Shown one piece after another: positions 57,298-64,000 of a stretch of DNA of 64,000 bases. Each line of letters begins with the position of its first letter. Position 1 is the first letter of the stretch. Both the position numbers and the translations under genes were made by a program. The stretch is from Verrucomicrobia bacterium SCGC AAA164-E04 (GTDB taxonomy: Bacteria; Verrucomicrobiota; Verrucomicrobiia; Limisphaerales; AAA164-E04). The notes below the pieces were generated by a model. The model worked only from the letters and a program-made list of their open reading frames with translations, was not told the origin of the DNA and ran no database searches. The stretch is from the NCBI GenBank assembly GCA_000383715.1, contig KB912023.1, positions 42,381 through 106,380 of the forward strand, in the 5' to 3' direction.

Positions 57298-58038
57298 ATG
57301 AAAAAAAGCCAGACGGGCATGCTCGCATTCACTCTCATTGAATTGCTGGTGGTCATCGCTATCATCGCCATTCTTGCTGGTATGCTTCTTCCGGCTTTGT
57401 CGCGGGCCAAAGAAAAGGCCAGAACGATCAAATGTAACAACAACATGCGTCAGCATGGTTTGGGCTTTGCCATGTATATTGATGACAATAATGACTTCTA
57501 TCCTGCCTACGAGCAGTGGGGAGTGCTGGGGGGGAATACAGGTACGATGACCTTACACGGAGGGAATGTGCCAAGAGAGAGAAGACCACTTAATGCCTAC
57601 GTTCCCGCGGATGAGGCTTACCATTGTCCATCAGATAAAGGGGATTCACTTTGGATTAGTAACTTTCCAAAAGGCACAAAAACATGTTTCGACGCATGGG
57701 GTAATAGCTACTTAACGGTTTGGGCCGTTGAAACGCTGAGGATTCAGCATGTAACAGGTGATTCCAGAGCTGCAAAAGGCACTCCGCAGGCCACACCCAT
57801 GAAAGGTTCTGCCTTAATCAAGGGCCCATCCAATAAACTGGTTACCGGAGATTGGCCATGGTGGGCAGATCGAAATAAAAATGACAGAGAGAGCCAATGG
57901 CATAATTTCAAGGGAGAGTATCGTTTCAATGTGCTGTTTGGAGATTCTCACACTGAGTTTTTCCAGTTTCCATTGGAAGCTTACGATTGGAATTATGGGA
58001 ATGCTCCCAAGCCTGACCCAGCTTTCAAATGGTGGTAA
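57298..58038 (+). CDS. Prepilin-type N-terminal cleavage/methylation domain protein (pseudopilin-like)
   Basis: [34 protein letters not shown] and C-terminal [11 protein letters not shown]. Confidence 0.8.
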   Translation: MKKSQTGMLAFTLIELLVVIAIIAILAGMLLPALSRAKEKARTIKCNNNMRQHGLGFAMYIDDNNDFYPAYEQWGVLGGNTGTMTLHGGNVPRERRPLNAYVPADEAYHCPSDKGDSLWISNFPKGTKTCFDAWGNSYLTVWAVETLRIQHVTGDSRAAKGTPQATPMKGSALIKGPSNKLVTGDWPWWADRNKNDRESQWHNFKGEYRFNVLFGDSHTEFFQFPLEAYDWNYGNAPKPDPAFKWW

Positions 58039-58067
58039 GTGGGGGGGCAAGCGCAGGAAATTCAGTT

Positions 58068-59501
58068 TTATTCGGTTTCCGTCTCTGGTAAAACCTCAAC
58101 CCGCGTTTTCAAAGCAGCGATCATTCCTTCACTGAACCCTTCTTCACCTTGGTTAATACGCTGCAGCATGTCCCTAAGTAATTTTCCATACGGGGGAAGT
58201 GCGAGCCTCTCGGTTGTGCGCTGAGTTGGTTTATGGTAATTTTTCCATGCAATTTCTGACATATTGCGATAACCCAGAGCTTGATCCTCATCCCCTATTG
58301 CAAGGAAATAAAGAAATTGCCTGATCAATCCGTTGATGATCACGCGCGCCTCGTTCATGTTGGCTTTGACAAGGTTTGATTCGAATCGATTGAGAGCAAA
58401 TTCTTCCAGACTGATTCCTTTTGGCAAAGAGTCGGGAAAGCGCGATTTAAGTTCACCGAACCATTCGGATGATTCTGCGAGTCGATGGTGCAGGAAAAAA
58501 TAGTAGGATGCATTTTGTAGAAACTCCTTATGAGCTCTGTCGATGGTGCTGTAGTAATTGGTATCTTCCTCTTCGCCTCGAACTTTCAGAAACATAGCAT
58601 GTGTGTAAGGCGCTAGTTCAAGGTTTGGTGCGTAATCCAGCTTTTGGTCTACCTTGTTTTCAATCAGGCGACCGCGTTCGAAAGCCAAGCTCATGGACTG
58701 CCAAATGACTCGTCGCAGAAAGTTAAGTTTACCTTCGCTGGCAGTTTCAAGTCCTGCCCAAGCCCAGTAAATTGCGTGGGTTTCTGGTAAGCGCCAATCG
58801 TATTGCCCAAGGTTATCCTGAATTAACCGCATGCGCGTTATGTCCAGACCATAGTTCTTCAACAATGCATCACGCTTTGCGATTACCTGAGGGTCGGTAG
58901 AAGCTTCAATAGCTTTCAAGTCAGGGTGATCTCCAAGAATACGCCTCATGTCGGTAGCCCAGCGACCTTTGTAATAAGCATGTTGAGTGTCAAACGTCCC
59001 TCCGATCTTGTCCTGAAAGATCCAGGCAAGTTCACGATAAATTTCCGATGACTGAGGGTTGTAATTCAACGCCTCATCTCTCAATAGTTTGATTCCGCTC
59101 TGAATCCACCTCCACCGTTCATTTGGGGATTCGAACTGTTTGGAAATGTTATAAGTCATGTTCCAGGATTGGAAGGTCCAGACGGAGGAGAAGGTTGGTT
59201 GTAATTTGGTGATCCAATCTGCGAGTGACAGTGCCTCGAAGAATCTGCCTTCATCTTGTAATCGAGTGACACGGAACCACAGGGCGTTTGCCATCAATCC
59301 TCGAAAACCGCCCAAAGCAACGCTTGAAAAAGCGAGCAACGGAGGTGCGTTTTTCAGTGGTTCCATGCGGGTTAATCCGAGCCTCTGACGGTCCCTGTTC
59401 AGCCTTTTCTGGGTAAAGTGATTTGAAAAAATGGCAATGATGATCAGAGCCAAAATCAATAAACGATGAGTCAATTTATTAGATTGTAAATTTGAACTCA
59501 T
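58068..59501 (-). CDS. Hypothetical N-terminally membrane-anchored protein, last gene of the ABC-2 permease operon
   Basis: 477 aa with one N-terminal TM (LLILALIIIAIF). Helix-rich remainder, no motif recognised. 4-bp overlap with the upstream gene. Confidence 0.6.
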   Translation of the reverse strand: MSSNLQSNKLTHRLLILALIIIAIFSNHFTQKRLNRDRQRLGLTRMEPLKNAPPLLAFSSVALGGFRGLMANALWFRVTRLQDEGRFFEALSLADWITKLQPTFSSVWTFQSWNMTYNISKQFESPNERWRWIQSGIKLLRDEALNYNPQSSEIYRELAWIFQDKIGGTFDTQHAYYKGRWATDMRRILGDHPDLKAIEASTDPQVIAKRDALLKNYGLDITRMRLIQDNLGQYDWRLPETHAIYWAWAGLETASEGKLNFLRRVIWQSMSLAFERGRLIENKVDQKLDYAPNLELAPYTHAMFLKVRGEEEDTNYYSTIDRAHKEFLQNASYYFFLHHRLAESSEWFGELKSRFPDSLPKGISLEEFALNRFESNLVKANMNEARVIINGLIRQFLYFLAIGDEDQALGYRNMSEIAWKNYHKPTQRTTERLALPPYGKLLRDMLQRINQGEEGFSEGMIAALKTRVEVLPETETE

Positions 59502-60892
59502 TTTGCCAGTTCCTTCCTTTCAAAAATGAAAATCCCCCATCCGGCCAGAAGGCCGCTGAGCAGGCCACATAGAAATCCGAGGTGTTTGATCATTGCTATG
59601 GTCGAGATGCTGCGGCCCGTGATCAGGCTTTCAATGGGAGAAATAGAACGCAGGGTTTCAGTGAAATAGTAAAGTCCAGTAAATATTGGCACAAGGATCC
59701 AGTCAAGGTAACCCCAACTAGCATCCCCCGAGTCTTCCAATGTTGATATGGTGCCCTCGCTGACAATGGATTTAAAAAGTTGATCAGAGCTTGCGATTAA
59801 AGTGAGGGTCAAGATAAGGAAAGTAGCAACTGGAAGAGAGGAAAACGTGGCAGCCCATAACCCCAAGGCAGCTAGTAACGTCATCCACCCAAATAGAATA
59901 AGCAAGCATTTGAAATAATTCACAGTGAAATCCCCATCTTTTATCAGGATTTCCAGTCCGTCCTCCACTTTGAAAACAAGGCTTGACTCGGTATAGTTGT
60001 GGCACTCCACATGGAGATTGCCATTATCGTCAATCAAGCTTGCAGGAACGGACCACTCATGAGTAACCATCGGGCTTAAATTGAGTTCCTTTTCCCATTT
60101 TGAGGGCGAGTTAGGATCGCCAACAACCCACAGTGTTGGTTGGTCTTTTGTGTCTTCAATCCAGGATGCATAAAATTTCACGCGCATCTGAATAAGCGCG
60201 TTGGGGGCGCCTTCGGCTTGACTTCCCGCATTCAAGTTCCAAATTCTGCGATGCATGGGCTTCACGAGTTGATTCATCCACTGGACTTCCTCTCGAAGCA
60301 TGCCGCGCACATAGGCTGGATCCATCGTGGCGATGTCGGGGTCCTGAATACGTCTGGCATAAAGTTGCTCAACCTCCAGTTCCACATCAGGAGCAGCCTC
60401 CTTGACACTTGCCCTGGAAGTAAGTGTGGAGGCATGAAGCCTTTTTTGTTCTTCTTGGGATAAATCCCGGGCATGGAATGCGAGTAAACCATATATGCAA
60501 ATGCCAGTGATCAACAAAAGGTTTGCATTCAGAAATGAAATACCCAGCCATTTACCTATCCAGATTTCCCAGCGTGCCAAAGGTTTGCTAGCCAATAAAA
60601 CAATATGATGACGCTGGAAATCCTGAGACATGACACCACATGCCAGCCAGATGGTGGAGGCTCCAATGAGGATACTGGCGGCCATCAGCGAATAGGTCAG
60701 CTGAACCTGAGCGAACATCTCCGCGCTGCCGTTATGGGTCACCAGATAAGGAATAGAAAAGACGGATGTTATTAGAATCAGTAACAACCAAGGGATAAGC
60801 TTGAATCGAAAAGCTGCTTTGATTGTTAGGGCAGCAACTGCGCGTAATCGTTGGAAGCAAAGAGCCGTAGCTGAAGGTTTAAAGGCGGTCAT
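59498..60892 (-). CDS. ABC-2-type permease-like membrane protein with a large extracytoplasmic insert
   Basis: 464 aa. N-terminal TM bundle with ASKPLARWEIWIGKWLG (compare the SKPVGR block of the neighbour), a ~200-aa soluble insert, and a C-terminal TM bundle. Confidence 0.55.
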   Translation of the reverse strand: MTAFKPSATALCFQRLRAVAALTIKAAFRFKLIPWLLLILITSVFSIPYLVTHNGSAEMFAQVQLTYSLMAASILIGASTIWLACGVMSQDFQRHHIVLLASKPLARWEIWIGKWLGISFLNANLLLITGICIYGLLAFHARDLSQEEQKRLHASTLTSRASVKEAAPDVELEVEQLYARRIQDPDIATMDPAYVRGMLREEVQWMNQLVKPMHRRIWNLNAGSQAEGAPNALIQMRVKFYASWIEDTKDQPTLWVVGDPNSPSKWEKELNLSPMVTHEWSVPASLIDDNGNLHVECHNYTESSLVFKVEDGLEILIKDGDFTVNYFKCLLILFGWMTLLAALGLWAATFSSLPVATFLILTLTLIASSDQLFKSIVSEGTISTLEDSGDASWGYLDWILVPIFTGLYYFTETLRSISPIESLITGRSISTIAMIKHLGFLCGLLSGLLAGWGIFIFERKELAK

Positions 60893-60897
60893 GCGTT

Positions 60898-61860
60898 TTA
60901 ACTCAATTCACGGTCTTCAAACAAAAGAACAGCCATGCCAAGGCTGATTGCAAGAGTTCCTACTGCGTATTGGCCGCATCTCAAGACGTAGGCCAGTGGT
61001 ATGGATTTGTCATTGGCTAGAGCGTCACTCATCCAAAAAAGTTGCCAATTAGGAGTGATCGCATATAGACATTTTGCCCAGAAAACACCTTCCTCAGCGC
61101 GCGTGCCAAGGAAGTAATCTGATACCAAGCCACTCAAGAAAACAACCATGCAAAGAATCAGTGTCGGTATGAGCGAAGCACGCGTGCTGCAGGCAATGGC
61201 AAAACCCGCCAGAGCGCACAAAGCAAATAGAAGCAATAGCACAGCCTGTAACATGCGCCAGTCCACATCCTTGCCAAAGGATTGATGGCTCCAATCACGG
61301 TCCACGTAGTTCGCGGCGATGAAGGCTATGGTCATACAAAATAACATGCTGATGACAGTAGGGCCTACAAATGGTTTCATGGCAAAAAAGTTGAGGCAAA
61401 GGCCAATGATGCAGGCCAGAGCAATGCCTGCGCCGTAAATGACAATGGCTGGGTAGTCTGGTGCCCCATAGACATCAAATGCCATTCTTGAGGATAACAA
61501 GGCGGCAAGGCATCCTGTGAAGCATTGTAATACAAGTGAGGATGCCAGTGCCGCGAATTTAGCAAGTATGAAAGTTACTCGTCCCACTGGCTTCGAGAGC
61601 ACTGTCAGAGCGGTGCCAGATTCGATTTCCTCCCCGATAGAGAGAGAAGCCCCCAATACAGCGGTGAAAATTCCAGATAGAAATATCGTAGCCAGTATGC
61701 CTCCTTGGACCATGGATGTATCCTCCCCTGCGCCTGCATAATAAAGGCTGGCAAGAAACAACATGAATACATTGGAGCTTACCATGATTACCAAATAAAT
61801 GGGCTGGCGAATGAGTTCCATGAATCCATTCATGGCTATGTTTAAAAAAGCTCTAATCAT
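60898..61860 (-). CDS. ABC-2 family transporter permease (NosY/COG1277-like)
   Basis: 320 aa with 6-7 TM segments. GEEIESGTALTVLSKPVGRVTFILAKF is the typical ABC-2 permease block. Confidence 0.7.
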   Translation of the reverse strand: MIRAFLNIAMNGFMELIRQPIYLVIMVSSNVFMLFLASLYYAGAGEDTSMVQGGILATIFLSGIFTAVLGASLSIGEEIESGTALTVLSKPVGRVTFILAKFAALASSLVLQCFTGCLAALLSSRMAFDVYGAPDYPAIVIYGAGIALACIIGLCLNFFAMKPFVGPTVISMLFCMTIAFIAANYVDRDWSHQSFGKDVDWRMLQAVLLLLFALCALAGFAIACSTRASLIPTLILCMVVFLSGLVSDYFLGTRAEEGVFWAKCLYAITPNWQLFWMSDALANDKSIPLAYVLRCGQYAVGTLAISLGMAVLLFEDRELS

Positions 61861-61918
61861 CTAGCTGTAAGCTCATTGTCAATGTTATGTAAACCGGCAC
61901 GGACACTCCTCGGTCGGT

Positions 61919-63178
61919 TCACTCAGGCAAGGGTCTGCCTTTAGTTTCTGGAGCCACCCAGATCATCAGCATACCTGCCAGATAAATCAATGTAATCATA
62001 CTGCCCATGCGGGCGTAATCGCCGTCAAATGCTGCTACGAGCTGTCCTCCAGCGATGGCTCCGAAAGCCGCAAAAATTCTTCCTGAATTATATCCAACTC
62101 CTTGCCCAGTGGCACGAGATCGAGTGGGAAATAATTCAGGTAAATAGAGCGGAAACCAACCATAAAATGCGGCAGTCGTCATTCCTGTCAAAAAAACAAG
62201 GAATTTGAACGCTGCTCCGTATTCTATTCCACTGCGATAAAGAGCGCCGCAAACAAGCAAAGAGGATAAACAGAGCATGAAAAAGGCAGGGCGCCTTCCG
62301 ATGCCTCCTCCGATCAAAGGGCCGGCCAGGCACCCGATAATCGCACCCATTGCACTCAACATGCCCACATCTGATTTTGCTGTTGGCAGGGTGTCGCCTA
62401 CCATTTGATCAACCCACACTGGAATCCATTGCACTGATCCCCATGTCCCTATTAATGCAATAGAGGAAAAGCAAATAGCAAGACAGGTGTTTTTAATCAG
62501 TTTCTTGGAGAACACTTCTCTCAGAGGCTGATTGTTTTTGTTCTTGGAGATCGAGGCTTTCCATCGCTCGGATTCAGGTACGAAGAGCCTAATGAAAAAG
62601 ACAAGCAGTGCAGGTAAGATACCAACCAGCCACATCCATCGCCATGAATCCGTTGTGACTTCTTTGGCTTTGCTGACGGCTGCAATGAGTAAAAAACCGA
62701 AGTTAGCAGCGGCCCCGATAATGCCGGCCATGAGCGGTCTGAGTCGTTCAGGCCAGCATTCCATAACCAATGCAACACCCAGAGACCATTCCCCTCCCAT
62801 ACCAAGCGCTGCAAGAAAACGGAATAATGCAAGGTGCCACGGCTCCTGGGCAAAAAATCCTAATCCCGTAAAGATGGAATAGGTTAGAATACTGGCCGAC
62901 ATTGCTTTGACGCGGCCGAAACGATCCCCAAACCATCCGAAAATAAAGCCACCAGCAGCTGCCCCCAATAAAAATACAGCGGTAATCCACCCCATCCATT
63001 GACCAACAAACGCGTCCACATTGTCTGAGCCCGTATACATATCTGTCAGGGCAGGGCGGGCAACGATGGGGAAGAGTCCCATTTCAAATCCGTCAAATAA
63101 CCATCCGAGGAATGCAGCCACTAAAACAAGCAAATGGCTTCTTCGAATCTTGAGTGAATGACCTTCGGTTTTTGACAT
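61919..63178 (-). CDS. MFS transporter
   Basis: 419 aa with 12 predicted TM segments. The loop motif GWFGDRFGRVK between TM2 and TM3 is an MFS signature. Confidence 0.9.
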   Translation of the reverse strand: MSKTEGHSLKIRRSHLLVLVAAFLGWLFDGFEMGLFPIVARPALTDMYTGSDNVDAFVGQWMGWITAVFLLGAAAGGFIFGWFGDRFGRVKAMSASILTYSIFTGLGFFAQEPWHLALFRFLAALGMGGEWSLGVALVMECWPERLRPLMAGIIGAAANFGFLLIAAVSKAKEVTTDSWRWMWLVGILPALLVFFIRLFVPESERWKASISKNKNNQPLREVFSKKLIKNTCLAICFSSIALIGTWGSVQWIPVWVDQMVGDTLPTAKSDVGMLSAMGAIIGCLAGPLIGGGIGRRPAFFMLCLSSLLVCGALYRSGIEYGAAFKFLVFLTGMTTAAFYGWFPLYLPELFPTRSRATGQGVGYNSGRIFAAFGAIAGGQLVAAFDGDYARMGSMITLIYLAGMLMIWVAPETKGRPLPE

Positions 63179-63219
63179 GAAATGGTTGCTTGGAAGAAAG
63201 TGTTAGTGGTAGGCATTCG

Positions 63220-64000
63220 CTACTTGTCTTCGACAAGGTTTCTTCCAAGAACAAGACGCTTCATTTTTTCATCTGCCACGGTTCTGGGAAGCATCCAAAA
63301 CCCGCAATCAGGATGGATCCACCCGATACGTTCAGGACCAATTACTCTTGTTGCGTGATCCACTCGTTTTGCAATCAGATCCTGACTTTCAACCTCATTG
63401 TCTTTGATGTCCACGACCCCAATCCCAAGTTTGATATCTGGTCTGAGATCATTGAAAGCCTCCAATTCATCGTATCCCCTGCGCGCAAATTCCAACACAA
63501 GATGGTTGACATCAAGCTGGTTGAAAAACTTGATCAGATGTGCCCAAAACCCTTTTTGAATAGATTGCCCTCCGTAATTCCCAAAGCAAAGATGCAATGC
63601 CTTCTCACCTTGAATAGCATTCAAAACCAGATTAATCGGTTCGTGTGCCCAACTCGCATCCTCTACATTGCCGGGTAAATTTGCTTCATCGATCTGAACC
63701 ATAGGGGCGTCTATGCCAGCAACTTGATTAGCCAACACTCGAGCGATTGCATTCGTCAGTGTCTTGATGTCACCATAATGACGATCATGCAGTGTTTTGG
63801 CTAACATGTAAGGTGAAGTTAACGTGAACATCATGGAGGAGGTACTTAATGATTTGACGGATTTCCAAGCTTCAGGAAGGTTTAAAGTGCCTTCATGGAT
63901 GGAGTTGGTGACCATACCCGGAGGCTTGGAACGAAATTGCATGCCAGTTGCTTGTTGATATTGTTGCCAGTCTTCGCGGCTTATCTGGTCACTCATACCT
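63220..64000 (-). CDS. Cobalamin-independent methionine synthase (MetE C-terminal domain / Meth_synt_2) family protein; probably truncated by the window edge
   Basis: IDEANLPG, HLCFGNYGGQ (Zn ligands His/Cys) and IHPDCGFWMLPR (Zn Cys). The frame stays open to base 64000, and family members are usually ~100 aa longer than the 258 aa seen from Met 63996. Confidence 0.75.
   Translation of the reverse strand, partial: GMSDQISREDWQQYQQATGMQFRSKPPGMVTNSIHEGTLNLPEAWKSVKSLSTSSMMFTLTSPYMLAKTLHDRHYGDIKTLTNAIARVLANQVAGIDAPMVQIDEANLPGNVEDASWAHEPINLVLNAIQGEKALHLCFGNYGGQSIQKGFWAHLIKFFNQLDVNHLVLEFARRGYDELEAFNDLRPDIKLGIGVVDIKDNEVESQDLIAKRVDHATRVIGPERIGWIHPDCGFWMLPRTVADEKMKRLVLGRNLVEDK

Overview
This 64-kb chromosomal segment carries about 40 protein-coding genes. 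I found no rRNA, tRNA, CRISPR array, transposase or integrase. The gene content points to a member of the PVC superphylum (Verrucomicrobiota or Planctomycetota); this is an inference. The supporting features are four DUF1559-type prepilin-like genes, PSCyt1-type and Pirellula/Verrucomicrobium-type CxxCH domains, FG-GAP/ASPIC-UnbV proteins, two Cys-type sulfatases with an FGE-like maturase, and three giant secreted proteins (about 1611, 1370 and 2149 aa).

Main observations:
1. selD is a selenoprotein. Its first 56 codons, including an in-frame TGA at 9560-9562 aligned to the catalytic Cys/Sec position, are missing from the ORF track.
2. A HemN-type radical SAM gene is split by a one-base frameshift in a G6 run (12472-12477).
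3. That gene sits in a tightly packed five-gene operon: beta-propeller, HemN-like radical SAM, DUF98/chorismate-lyase-like, WxWxIP flavin-halogenase-like, GT4. This is my best candidate for an uncharacterised pathway.
4. A translationally coupled DUF1573 / rhodanese / MauE-DoxX triad has paired-Cys motifs in all three proteins.
5. phnW is clustered with a PI-PLC/GDPD-like esterase and a class-III aminotransferase, with no C-P cleaving enzyme in the window.
6. The 1370-aa protein contains three near-identical tandem repeats of about 622 bp.
7. A short beta-rich module ending in FFR/FYR recurs in three otherwise unrelated secreted proteins.

All functional calls rest on motifs read by eye, not on database searches.
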